Part shown: positions 37,103 to 45,770 of the stretch, piece after piece
How positions within the stretch are numbered: the stretch's first letter is position 1
Layout of the letters: each line of letters opens with the position of its first letter
Origin: an uncultured virus (IMG/VR IMGVR_UViG_3300015262_000011)
Lineage: Duplodnaviria; Heunggongvirae; Uroviricota; Caudoviricetes
Length of the DNA: 64,000 nt
Strand: one strand, 5' to 3'
IMG/VR virus record: IMGVR_UViG_3300015262_000011
Position numbers and translations under genes: made by a program
The notes under the pieces: model-generated
What the model was told of the DNA's origin: nothing
Database searches by the model: none
The model's input: only the letters and a program-made list of their open reading frames with translations

Positions 37103-37956
37103 CGGTCGCTCGCCTCCGGCTCGGTGGCGGCGCGTGCGGCGCTGATGCCTGCGGCGTAGCCGTCCATGTAGGCGTAAGGCTGCTCCGGGCTGACGGCCAT
37201 CGTCTCCGGCCGCTCAGGCAGCGCTCGGACGCGTTCGATCATTTCTGCCTGCGCGTCTCGCTGCTTGCGGATTCCGGCGGCGGCGTTGCGGATGTCGTCC
37301 CAGTCGCGGGTGTGGTCCATGCCGAGCGCGTCAAGGAGGGCGATCCTGCTCTCTTTCGCAACGCGCTTCCGAATGGCCTCGGACTCCTCCAACTCGGCGG
37401 CCCGCTTGAGGTGCTCGCAACTGTCGAAGCTGTTCGGCCAGCCTTCGGTGAGCCAGTCGGGTGCGACGCCGTAGTCGGTCCAGCCGCAGTGCTTCTGCCC
37501 GATCTCGTAGCCGTGCCGCGCCCACTGGCGGGCCTCGTCGCGCGCGGCTTCCGCCTGCTCGGCGCGCTCAATGAGCTCGCGGATGTTGGCGTGCTTACCT
37601 CGGATGGCACTCAGCGCGGTGCTGTGAAGCTGTCCGTGGGCGATCCCGATTTCTGCGTGTAGCTCGTCACGCTCCTCAGTGAGGCGCAGGATCTCCTCGT
37701 CACCGTCGAACTCGCCTACGCGGAGCAGGGGTTTCGCCTGCCCTCCGACCTCGTTGGCGGGGATGTCGACGGTTTCGGGTGTGACGATGGCAGCGCGGGC
37801 GCCGATCTGGTCGGCGATGTCCTGCCAGTAGTCGCGCACTGGCGTGTCCGGTCCGACGGCGTACCGCTGCGGGACGGCCTGGTCGACGACGAGGATGAAC
37901 GGCGGCCGGTCGCCGCGGTGTTCGCCGGGGAGTTCGAGGATTTGCAGGCGGGCCAT
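37099..37956 (-). CDS. Composite coiled-coil phage protein
   Basis: MARLQILELP...PFILVVDQ N-terminus; coiled-coil segments. Confidence 0.75.
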   Translation of the reverse strand: MARLQILELPGEHRGDRPPFILVVDQAVPQRYAVGPDTPVRDYWQDIADQIGARAAIVTPETVDIPANEVGGQAKPLLRVGEFDGDEEILRLTEERDELHAEIGIAHGQLHSTALSAIRGKHANIRELIERAEQAEAARDEARQWARHGYEIGQKHCGWTDYGVAPDWLTEGWPNSFDSCEHLKRAAELEESEAIRKRVAKESRIALLDALGMDHTRDWDDIRNAAAGIRKQRDAQAEMIERVRALPERPETMAVSPEQPYAYMDGYAAGISAARAATEPEASDR

Positions 37957-38079
37957 GGTGTTCTCCGGGGTGTGCGGAAGCCCCGAGCCAGGAACTCGGG
38001 GCTTCCTTCCCGCGGTAGCTAGCCGCAGGCGTATGGGGCGGGTTGGTGCTGGCTGCGGTATCCCTTACGAGGCCAGCGG

Positions 38080-38349
38080 TCAGTTCGCGGTCCAGTCGTC
38101 GGCGAGTACGTCGCTGACGGTGGGCGCCCATGGGACGAACGAGTCGTCGGCGGCGTGCAGCATGAGGTAGGGCCTGAACACGCAGACGGTGCCTTGCGGG
38201 ATGCCGGTCGCTTCGGCGGTGTTGGCGTTGATCGGGATGCCGTCGGGGTAGCCGCGTTGGAGTACGACGAACTGGCCGTCGCCGCTCCATCCGGTGCGGG
38301 AGATGCGGGCACCGTCCTTGACGTGCCGTAGGGCTTCGCTGAAGTCCAT
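38080..38349 (-). CDS. tad2: DUF2829 / Thoeris anti-defence 2 (Tad2)-like nucleotide sponge
   Basis: MDFSEAL...G.RISR.GW.G...PYL...AD...VPW.PTVSDVLADDW. Confidence 0.85.
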   Translation of the reverse strand: MDFSEALRHVKDGARISRTGWSGDGQFVVLQRGYPDGIPINANTAEATGIPQGTVCVFRPYLMLHAADDSFVPWAPTVSDVLADDWTAN

Positions 38350-38384
38350 GGTGTCCGTTCAGTCGTGGGGCTCGCCGGTGGCGG

Positions 38385-38576
38385 TCAGTGTGGTATGTGC
38401 CAGCTGTTTTCGCTTCGGTCTTCGCCGCGTTCGCACCAGACGTCGATGCCGGGCTCGCCTGGGATCTGAACTTCGAGGAGGCTGCTGCTGAATGGCGGTG
38501 GTGCTTCGCCTTTGAGTTCGGCGGTGCGGCAGGCTCCGCCGGACCAGAAGTGGACGGTGTCTCCGACTGTGGCCAT
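38385..38576 (-). CDS. Small hypothetical protein
   Basis: VGDTVHF...CRTA...SWHIP. Confidence 0.65.
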   Translation of the reverse strand: MATVGDTVHFWSGGACRTAELKGEAPPPFSSSLLEVQIPGEPGIDVWCERGEDRSENSWHIPH

Positions 38577-38600
38577 TGCAGTCTCCGTGTCGGTCAGGGG

Positions 38601-40247
38601 TTAGACGGCGATCCAGTTGCCGCTTGCGGTGGGCAGTAGTTCGGCGTTGGCCCACTGTGTGGAGAGGACTTTCGTCGATGCGCCGTTGATGGTCTGTCCG
38701 CCGGTGGTGGCGATCGTGACCGTGTTGCCGGAGGAGTCGGTCTTGGTGACGACGATGCGCCGATTGCGGCCCGCAGCCGTCGGCAGGGTGATCGTGCGCC
38801 CGGCGCTGGTGGCGTCGACGGCGATCATCTCGTCGAATGTGGACACCGTGTAGTTCGCGGCGACGGCGACGTTGGGGTAGGAGCGCTGGCCGTCGAGGAT
38901 GTCGTAGCCGACGGGGTTGTCCAGCGTGAGCCCGGACGTGGTGTAGAGGCCGGTGAGAGTGATGCTGCCGCGGGCGCAGGACGACGCGAAGCCCGAGTTG
39001 TTGTCGCCGAACCTCGGGGTGCCGGTTTCGGTGTCGATGCGGAGCTGAATGAAGGGACCGATGCCTCCGCTGCCGGCTCCGATGATGTACACGAGGTATG
39101 TGCAGGCTTCGATGGAGAGCAGGGTGGCGACGATGGCGTGCGTCGACCCGACCGATGAGTAGTAGGTGCCGACGGGGCAGAACGCGGCCCAGCAGTACAG
39201 GATGCGGATGTTGTTGCCGTCGAAGTGTTCGGCAGCGAACAGGCCGTAGGTGTAGCCGCCGTGGCAGGTGATGTTGCGAAGAACGATCAGGTCGTTGTTG
39301 CCGGGCGCTGGCAGCAGCAGGCCGGGGCAGAGGCCGTTGGCGAACAGGCCTGGGGAGGCGTAGTCGTTGCCGGCGACGGTTCCGCAGGTGCCGTAGGCGA
39401 AATTCTCGATGGCTGCGTTGGCGATGCCGGAGAAGTCGGCTGCCGAGTAGGTGAGTCCGTTCGCCGAGTGTGTGGTCAGGATCGACAGGTTTCGCAGGGT
39501 GACGTGCATGTTGGAGAACACGCCGGGGCTGATGCCGTAGCCGCCGGGTTGTGACGGGCCTCCGATGACGCACGCGTTGCCGGCGGCGTTGATGCTGGCG
39601 GTCTGCGCGGCGGAGGAGGCGAAGGCGCCGAAGGAGACGAGGGTGGCGCCGGACATTTGGGGGACGGTCTGCTGCCAGTGCTGGAGGGCGGCTCCGTCGG
39701 CGGGGCCTTCGATGACGAGGACGGCCTTGTTGGCGGTGGCGGCGATGATGGGCAGGGTGATCTGCGCGTTGCCCTTCGTCGAGCCGCCGGAGGTGAGTGC
39801 GCCGCCGACGCCGTAGAAGCGGCCGGCGGGGGCGGGGATGGTGACTTTGGCGGCGCCGTGGAGGACGGCGTAGGCGGTGGCCGCGTTGATCGCGGCTTGG
39901 ATGGCTGCGGTGTCGTCTGTGGCGATGAGGACGAGTGCGCCGGTGACTGTGGTTGAGGCGTTCGCGGCGAGGGTGATCTGCCCGTTGTTCTGCTTGCTGG
40001 CGACGGTGGTGACGAGCGTCGTTACCCCGGACGCGCCAGCGCCCTTGACCATGGCGAGCATGCCAGCGGCCACATTGGCGAACCCGTTGGATGGCGAGGT
40101 GAGGACCGCGGTCCCGGTGGTGATGGCGCCGTCGGTGATGACGATGCCGTCGCCTTTTGCCCCGTAGGCGCTGGAGGTTACGTCGTAGATGCCGGGGCTG
40201 GTTTTGGTGCCGCCTCCGCCGCTGTAGAGGACGCGTTGGTTGGTCAT
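38601..40247 (-). CDS. Pectate-lyase-like beta-helix protein (tailspike/depolymerase-like)
   Basis: YDV...YGAKGDG...DDTAAIQAAINAA; C-terminal VDATSAGRTITLP...KTDSSGNTVTI...QTING. Confidence 0.75.
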   Translation of the reverse strand: MTNQRVLYSGGGGTKTSPGIYDVTSSAYGAKGDGIVITDGAITTGTAVLTSPSNGFANVAAGMLAMVKGAGASGVTTLVTTVASKQNNGQITLAANASTTVTGALVLIATDDTAAIQAAINAATAYAVLHGAAKVTIPAPAGRFYGVGGALTSGGSTKGNAQITLPIIAATANKAVLVIEGPADGAALQHWQQTVPQMSGATLVSFGAFASSAAQTASINAAGNACVIGGPSQPGGYGISPGVFSNMHVTLRNLSILTTHSANGLTYSAADFSGIANAAIENFAYGTCGTVAGNDYASPGLFANGLCPGLLLPAPGNNDLIVLRNITCHGGYTYGLFAAEHFDGNNIRILYCWAAFCPVGTYYSSVGSTHAIVATLLSIEACTYLVYIIGAGSGGIGPFIQLRIDTETGTPRFGDNNSGFASSCARGSITLTGLYTTSGLTLDNPVGYDILDGQRSYPNVAVAANYTVSTFDEMIAVDATSAGRTITLPTAAGRNRRIVVTKTDSSGNTVTIATTGGQTINGASTKVLSTQWANAELLPTASGNWIAV

Positions 40248-40543
40248 CGCAGCAGTCCCTTGACGGTGTAGGCGGGGGTGCCGCTGCTGATGAGCTGGAT
40301 GGTGGTGGGGCTGCCGTATCCGGTGGCGTCGACGGTGAGGGAGCCGATGACGGCGGGGAGGACGTCGCAGCTTGCGCCGCCGACGGTGGGGGTGAGGGTG
40401 GTGTCGACGGTGGCGTAGATTTCGGCGGCGCCGTCGCGGGAGAGGATTTCGACGGCCACGTAGTCGGCGTCGAAGGTGATGGTGTCGACTGTGTTCGCGG
40501 TGAGGGTGGCGTGGACGATGCGCTTGCCGGTGTAGTTGGGCAT
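40244..40543 (-). CDS. Small beta-rich protein coupled to the beta-helix gene
   Basis: GGAGG RBS; ATGA overlap. Confidence 0.7.
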   Translation of the reverse strand: MPNYTGKRIVHATLTANTVDTITFDADYVAVEILSRDGAAEIYATVDTTLTPTVGGASCDVLPAVIGSLTVDATGYGSPTTIQLISSGTPAYTVKGLLR

Positions 40544-40621
40544 GGGGCGCCTCCCGTCTGCTGGGTCACGATCGGGATGCGGGTGTGTGCGTGGCGTGAT
40601 GCGGCTGGGATGATGCCGGGC

Positions 40622-41116
40622 ATGTCTGATGCGACCGAAATTCCTGCCGTGTCCCCTGCGCCTGAGAGCGCGTCTGTTCCTGCGAGACGTTGGCCGCACC
40701 CGTTGGTGACGGGTTTCGCGGGCCTTGTGGTTGGTGCTGGTGCGGTGGGCCTGGCGTGGGGCCTGTCCGGTGGCGGATCTGACACGCCTGCGACGTTCAC
40801 GCTGCGCGGCACGATGACGCTGACCGGCGACAACGTCCCGTCGGGGCCGACGGACGAGGACTGCACCGGGTACAGCGGCTACGACGACATCACCAAGGGC
40901 GCCGCGGTGACCGTGTACGACTCGTCGGGGAAGGTGGTGGCGACGGGCGCCCTGGAGACGGGGAAGCCGGATTCAGCGGCGTGCGTGTTCATCGCCGTGG
41001 TGCCGGGCGTGCCGGAGGGCTCGAAGTTCTACCAGGTCGAGGTGTCGCACCGCGGGAAAGTCACGTTGCCGGCGGCGGAGGCGAAGGCCGGGAAGTTCGC
41101 CGCGTCACTCGGCTGA
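40622..41116 (+). CDS. Membrane-anchored extracellular protein (moron)
   Basis: Single TM helix; CTGYSGYDDI..G..VTVYD..G, CVF. Confidence 0.78.
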   Translation: MSDATEIPAVSPAPESASVPARRWPHPLVTGFAGLVVGAGAVGLAWGLSGGGSDTPATFTLRGTMTLTGDNVPSGPTDEDCTGYSGYDDITKGAAVTVYDSSGKVVATGALETGKPDSAACVFIAVVPGVPEGSKFYQVEVSHRGKVTLPAAEAKAGKFAASLG

Positions 41117-41542
41117 CGGCCGCCAAGCCTCGTCGTAGTCGGGGTGGTTGTCGAACCGGGCGGCCCGGTACCGCACTGCTTCGCCGAGGCCTACAGCACG
41201 CCCGTAGGCGAACTCCGGCTCGGCGCCTTCCGCGTCCATCTCGGCGACGGCCTCGTATGCAGCGAGGAGTGCGCGGTCTGCTGTGATGTCGCGCAGGACG
41301 CTCGCGGGGTCATGCCGGGCGATATACCGCGTCAACTGCGACTGGTTCGCACGGATCGGCTTCGAGCCGGACCTCGACAGCCGGGGATCGGTCGACGCGC
41401 CCACATACTCGCGCGGGGTACGACGTCCGGTCTGGCGTGCGTGCGCGTACCAATGCTCGCCCTTCGCTGAGTCGGCAGCGGCCTGCGCCTCCGCTGCTTC
41501 CTCGTCGAGGCGGTCTCGGAGGAACTGCACCAGGTCGCTCAT
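41105..41542 (-). CDS. DUF6221-family protein (copy 3)
   Basis: DLVQFLRDRLDEE...YIARHDPASVLRD...HPDYDEAWRP. Confidence 0.85.
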   Translation of the reverse strand: MSDLVQFLRDRLDEEAAEAQAAADSAKGEHWYAHARQTGRRTPREYVGASTDPRLSRSGSKPIRANQSQLTRYIARHDPASVLRDITADRALLAAYEAVAEMDAEGAEPEFAYGRAVGLGEAVRYRAARFDNHPDYDEAWRPSAE

Positions 41543-41573
41543 GCGGCCATCATCCCAGGACTGCCGAGTTTCA

Positions 41574-41650
41574 AGGACTACCGCCGTTCCGGATTCGAAC
41601 CGGTGCTGGCCAGCTGTGGACGACAGCCTTCGTCTGTCGGCGGCGTCCCC
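41574..41650 (-). ncRNA. Possible tRNA-like structured RNA (canonical T-loop, no full cloverleaf)
   Basis: CCGG-TTCGAAT-CCGG inside a GCCGCCG/CGGCGGT outer stem. Confidence 0.35.
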
Positions 41651-41664
41651 GTCTGTGGGCCGGG

Positions 41665-41904
41665 TCAGCTGGCCCCGGTGGGTTGCGGGCTGTTCGGCTC
41701 GCTGCTGGTGGGCGACGGCTGCGGGGAGGCCGTCGAGGGGGTCGGCGCTGCACTCGTCGGGCTGGGGCTCGGCGACCTGGTGGGCGGCTTGCTGGGTGCC
41801 GGTGTGGTGCTACTGGGGGCCGGGGCCGGCTTGTCGTGGCTGCAGGCGACGGGCCCGGCGAGGAACGCAGCCACGAACAGGGCGGTGATCACAGGTCGGC
41901 GCAC
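41665..41904 (-). CDS. Pro/Ser/Thr-rich lipoprotein
   Basis: GAGGAG RBS; basic then hydrophobic signal ending in PVAC lipobox-like motif. Confidence 0.65.
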   Translation of the reverse strand: MRRPVITALFVAAFLAGPVACSHDKPAPAPSSTTPAPSKPPTRSPSPSPTSAAPTPSTASPQPSPTSSEPNSPQPTGAS

Positions 41905-41918
41905 GATGCTCCTCAGCG

Positions 41919-42110
41919 TTATTCGTCGTCGGGCAGCGGGTTTTCGTTGGGCCAGGTGTGGTCGTCGCCCATGGCAGGCGGGGTGTGTACGAGGTGGTCG
42001 CCCTTGTGGCGGGCCTGGGGATCGTCGGGGTCCTTTCCCCAGTGCACGCATTGGAGGGCGAGGGGGGCGTCTTCGACCGTCAGCGTGTCCGTGGCGGGGC
42101 ACCGGGCCAT
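41919..42110 (-). CDS. Hypothetical protein
   Basis: GGAG RBS; MARCPAT...C.H...H. Confidence 0.5.
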   Translation of the reverse strand: MARCPATDTLTVEDAPLALQCVHWGKDPDDPQARHKGDHLVHTPPAMGDDHTWPNENPLPDDE

Positions 42111-42220
42111 GGCCTGCTCCTCTCGGTGCGGACGGGGATCCAGGTTCCGGTCCCGCCGTCCACGTCGGGGTGGCGCGGACGACGGGACGTTCGGGGCTTG
42201 GATGAGCGGCCAGCCCCGAG

Positions 42221-42508
42221 CTACGGGCGGGCGACGATGGGCCCTTCGTCTGGCCGCACGTGGCGCCAGCACACCCACTGCTCGTGGCCGTCGTCGCCGC
42301 GCTCCAACTGGGTTACGGCGTAGCAGGTCTCGTAGGGCAGGAGCGGTTCGCCGCAGCGTTCGATGGCACACGGCTGGTTGGCCATGGGCGAGTGGTTGTG
42401 GCTGCCGGAGACGCAGCCGGTGTCCCGGATCAGGCAGTCCCACGGCGTGGTCTCGGCCCAGGCGTCGAGCAGCTCGAAGGTCTTGGTGTAGGTGCGGGTG
42501 AGCGGCAT
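42221..42508 (-). CDS. Hypothetical Cys/His protein
   Basis: GAGGAGG RBS; MPLTRTY... Confidence 0.6.
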   Translation of the reverse strand: MPLTRTYTKTFELLDAWAETTPWDCLIRDTGCVSGSHNHSPMANQPCAIERCGEPLLPYETCYAVTQLERGDDGHEQWVCWRHVRPDEGPIVARP

Positions 42509-42705
42509 GGCGGCCTCCTCAGTGGGCTTGCAGGGTGTGCACGGCCGTCGGCAGGAGCCACAGCGCGAGCCCGAAGTAGGCGAGGCGGTCACGCGGCACG
42601 TTGTCCGGGAACGTCGCGGCGAAGACGAAGAGGATCAGGGCGATGACGTAGCAGAAGACGTTCACCACGGACACTCCTTTCGTCCAGCCCGCGAGAGTTC
42701 AACCG

Positions 42706-43233
42706 TCAGGCAGTTTCGACGAGGTGCCAGACGAGCTGTCCGCCGGGCGCGATCGCAGTGCCGACATGCTGTACGTCGGACGGGAGCGGGTGGCCGGTGC
42801 CGTACACCCGGAAGCTGCGGGTCTCGGCGGGCTGGTCACCGTGGACGGCCCAGACTTCGATGACGTGCATGTTGCGGCAGTCGACGTGCACGATTCGCCC
42901 GGACAGTTGGAGGGGATGCCAGCGGTCGTCGACCGGGATCTCGTACCGGTAGATCGCGTCCGACATGGCGCCTCCCCACTGGGTGATGTCGTGGCGCCGC
43001 AGGGTCAGCGCGTAGTCGAGGAGCCCCATGACGCGGTGGTAGGGGACGGCATCGCCGCCGCCAGGGAGCCACTGGCCGATCTGGACGAGCTGATCGCCGT
43101 CGTCGTCGTAGCGCTGGTGCGAGGTGACGACGACCCATTCGGTGAGTACGCCCTCGGCGCCTTCGAGTCGGGCGACCTCGGTGATCGCATCGGCGAGACG
43201 CTCGTAGGCGCCCGCCAGTTCGTCACCGCTCAC
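42706..43233 (-). CDS. Two-part hypothetical ORF (internal RBS and ATG at 42966)
   Basis: N part EWVVV...YHRVMGLLDYA; C part IYRYEIPVDD...FRVYGTGHP...LVWHLVE. Confidence 0.6.
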   Translation of the reverse strand: MSGDELAGAYERLADAITEVARLEGAEGVLTEWVVVTSHQRYDDDGDQLVQIGQWLPGGGDAVPYHRVMGLLDYALTLRRHDITQWGGAMSDAIYRYEIPVDDRWHPLQLSGRIVHVDCRNMHVIEVWAVHGDQPAETRSFRVYGTGHPLPSDVQHVGTAIAPGGQLVWHLVETA

Positions 43234-43354
43234 CGCGCCTCCCCAGGTTTGTCGTCCGCCCCGGCTCCCCGCTAAGGGCCGGGGCGGACTGGGTGGCCCG
43301 AGCGCGTGGCGCTTCAAGGGCCAGACCTGCGCTCGACCACCGCGCGCAGGGGAT

Positions 43355-43639
43355 CTAGGCGGCGTGGGCGTGGGGGCCGCGGCTGTTGAGCCATGGTGTG
43401 GGGTGCCGGTGGCTTGAGCCGCCTTCAGCTGCCTTCTTGACGGTGGGCAGGTGGAAGACGGGCCCTTCGGGGCCGACGAGCACGGGCTCGATCTTTTTGC
43501 GGCTCACCCAGACTTGAATGGTCCCCGGCTTGACCCCGGCGACGAGCGCTGCTTCTCGTTGGCTGCCCAACTGTCGTTCGTTGCCGTCGACGCAGGCGAA
43601 GTGGATCTCGTCTGCGGGCGGGTTGGGGTAGGCGACCAC
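43355..43639 (-). CDS. HTH DNA-binding protein (MerR/Xis-like)
   Basis: REAALVAGVKPGTIQVWVSRKKI. Confidence 0.72.
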   Translation of the reverse strand: MVAYPNPPADEIHFACVDGNERQLGSQREAALVAGVKPGTIQVWVSRKKIEPVLVGPEGPVFHLPTVKKAAEGGSSHRHPTPWLNSRGPHAHAA

Positions 43640-43658
43640 GGCACCTCCCGCTGGTATG

Positions 43659-43694
43659 CAAAGACCCCCACCGGTGTATTCACGGTGGGGGTTT
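43659..43694 (-). terminator. Terminator-like hairpin at the head of the late-strand gene run
   Basis: ACCCCCACCG/CGGTGGGGGT stem followed by CTTT on the minus strand. Confidence 0.55.
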
Positions 43695-43774
43695 GAGTGA
43701 CGATTGCGACGGAAGTATCGACTGTCAATTACGGAAGATACAGTGCCGCCTGACCTGCTGACAAGTAGATCCAG

Positions 43775-43981
43775 TCAGTCGGCACCGGGGTTTTCGCCGA
43801 CTTTCGCTCCGGGCCGGTCGGGGAGTTCGGCTCCGGGCTGCCCGGAGTACCAGGCCCATAGGGCGCGGGTGACGGAGGAGCGGTCGCCGCCTCCGGACCG
43901 TGCTGCCGTGTCGAACGCCTCGACTTCTTCGTCGGGGATCCCTCGGACGACGCGCTGTCGATGTTTGTGCATGTTCGCCAT
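43775..43981 (-). CDS. Ribbon-helix-helix DNA-binding protein
   Basis: QRVVRGIPDEEVEAF..AA....RSSVTRALWAWY...LPDRP. Confidence 0.75.
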   Translation of the reverse strand: MANMHKHRQRVVRGIPDEEVEAFDTAARSGGGDRSSVTRALWAWYSGQPGAELPDRPGAKVGENPGAD

Positions 43982-43997
43982 GAACCACATGGTGACA

Positions 43998-44049
43998 GGT
44001 GGCTTGCCACCCGTCAAAGGGTGTGCCATAGTGGAGGTGGCAAGCCACC
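43998..44049. promoter_or_regulatory. Paired palindromic operators in divergent promoter
   Basis: GGTGGCTTGCCACC (43998-44011) and its exact reverse complement GGTGGCAAGCCACC (44036-44049). Confidence 0.75.
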
Positions 44050-44069
44050 CGGGAACAGGGGAGATCCAG

Positions 44070-44804
44070 ATGAACGCCACGATCCGCGAAGAGGGCACCA
44101 CCAAGGTCGCCAAGCTGGCCGCGAAGCTCACCAATGAGGCACTCTGCCTCGCCTGGATGGCCACCGAGGGCAAGCCCGTCACGCAGGAACTCGCCATCGT
44201 GCGCGGCTGGATCCAGAGCGAACTCCACAACCGCCTCGGTGACGACCTGTTCGACGAGTGGCTCGTGGACGTCGACGACAACGGCGACGGCGTCAACCCG
44301 CTCGCCTACTTCGAGCGCAAGACCGCCGTGAAGGGCTTCCTCCGCTGCTGGACCTGCAACCAGCCCGCCACCCACACCCTGACCCGCGAGGGCTCGAACA
44401 CCCTGCACGCCTGCGACAACTGCACCCGCATCGATCGCGCGGAGGCAGAGTCGCGCGGCTGGACCATCACCCCCATCACCGGCAAGGAGACCCGGATGGC
44501 CAAGAACGAGACCGTAGCCACCTTCACCATCGACGGCCGTGACTACGACGTCATCCGTATCGGGATGGACCCGAAGCACTCGTCATGGAACGTCCTCGGC
44601 GCCTTCCCCAAGCACACTGCCGCCGAGCTGGCCATGCCGGACACCGTGCGCCCGCCCGTCTCTCCCGTGTACGCGGCGCGTGCCGAAGGGGTTGGGGGAT
44701 GGCTCGTGCACGACGAGATGAACCGCAAGATCCTCGGCTCCGCAACCACCTACGAGGACATCGCGCGCATCGCCGCGCAGGACCCGCACCGACCCCTCGT
44801 TTGA
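44070..44804 (+). CDS. Composite hypothetical protein (internal in-frame start at 44496)
   Basis: AGGGGAG RBS; central CWTC...CDNC Zn finger; AAGGAG before internal ATG. Confidence 0.65.
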   Translation: MNATIREEGTTKVAKLAAKLTNEALCLAWMATEGKPVTQELAIVRGWIQSELHNRLGDDLFDEWLVDVDDNGDGVNPLAYFERKTAVKGFLRCWTCNQPATHTLTREGSNTLHACDNCTRIDRAEAESRGWTITPITGKETRMAKNETVATFTIDGRDYDVIRIGMDPKHSSWNVLGAFPKHTAAELAMPDTVRPPVSPVYAARAEGVGGWLVHDEMNRKILGSATTYEDIARIAAQDPHRPLV

Positions 44805-44867
44805 TCCGCCACACAGCGGCGCCCCGGCTGAGGAAAGCAGCCGGGGCGCCGCCCGTACCGTACCCGA

Positions 44868-45449
44868 ATGGAGACCCTGATGGACGACTGCGAAGACTGC
44901 GGACGTTCCCTCTGCCGCGACTGCGACACCCACTACTGCATCGAGCAATGCCCCTGCGGGCGCTCCCACACCTGCGACTGCGCGTGCGCCGAGTACTTGG
45001 AGGGCCTCTCATCCGCAGTTGACGCAACCGCCGCAGTGACCAGCCCCTCCGAGAAGGAAGCCGCCGCAACCCTCGCCCGCGACTGCACCGACCATGCAGC
45101 GGTACTCCTCTGGTGCGCGGATCGAGTGCGGTCCGTGGACGACAGCGAGACGGTGCAGGATGCCGCCGACTACCTCCACGACCTTTCCACCCGCGCCCAG
45201 GTCGACACGACGACCGTCACCGACCAGGCCGCCGTCATCCGATGGTGCGCCGAGCAGATCCACTCTATGGGCGGCGACGCGGACGTAGAGCGGGCCGCCG
45301 AGTACCTGGACGATCTGGCCGTTGAAGCGCAGGAGGCGGCCGACGGTGAGCGTGCGATGCGCGTGCCGGGAACCTGGAACCTGGAGCCCGGACAGATCCC
45401 GCCCCCGCAACAGATCGACGCCGCCCCCGACCACGTCACCGAGAAGTGA
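44868..45449 (+). CDS. Cys-rich protein with internal duplicated helical repeat
   Basis: DHAAVLLWCAD...AADYLHDL and DQAAVIRWCAE...AAEYLDDL. Confidence 0.7.
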   Translation: METLMDDCEDCGRSLCRDCDTHYCIEQCPCGRSHTCDCACAEYLEGLSSAVDATAAVTSPSEKEAAATLARDCTDHAAVLLWCADRVRSVDDSETVQDAADYLHDLSTRAQVDTTTVTDQAAVIRWCAEQIHSMGGDADVERAAEYLDDLAVEAQEAADGERAMRVPGTWNLEPGQIPPPQQIDAAPDHVTEK

Positions 45450-45460
45450 GGAGGCCCGCC

Positions 45461-45721
45461 ATGGCCCTCGAATCAGTTGAGGAGTTCGGCAACCGGTGGC
45501 GTGACCGCGCCCTGGAAGCCGAGCTGGAGATTGAGCGCCTGAAGGCCGAGATCGGCAACCGGGGCGTCGACGCGTCTACGGTCCTGCGTAACGCCGCCGA
45601 CACCGTGGGCCTGGATCGCGACTACCAACTCCCACCGGACGGCCCCCTGAAGCCCGGCATGGATCGGGCGGAGAAGCTCTTGCGCCGCATGGCCGACAAG
45701 CTGGAGAAGGAAGACCTCTGA
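45461..45721 (+). CDS. Hypothetical protein
   Basis: GAGGAGG RBS. Confidence 0.65.
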   Translation: MALESVEEFGNRWRDRALEAELEIERLKAEIGNRGVDASTVLRNAADTVGLDRDYQLPPDGPLKPGMDRAEKLLRRMADKLEKEDL

Positions 45722-45736
45722 TCCACAGTCCCAGCC

Positions 45737-45767
45737 GAAAGCCCCGCCACCGTGCGGGGCTTCGGCG
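45737..45767. terminator. Bidirectional terminator between convergent genes
   Basis: AAGCCCCCGC/GCGGGGCTT stem. Confidence 0.55.
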
Positions 45768-45770
45768 TAT

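Noticed and set aside
44817..44852. Other GCCCCGG/CCGGGGC hairpins (also ~2130, ~43255) as members of the tRNA-like family
   Set aside because: Simple stem-loops lacking the T-arm-like hairpin and the GCGCACCA end; likely ordinary stabilising or terminating hairpins
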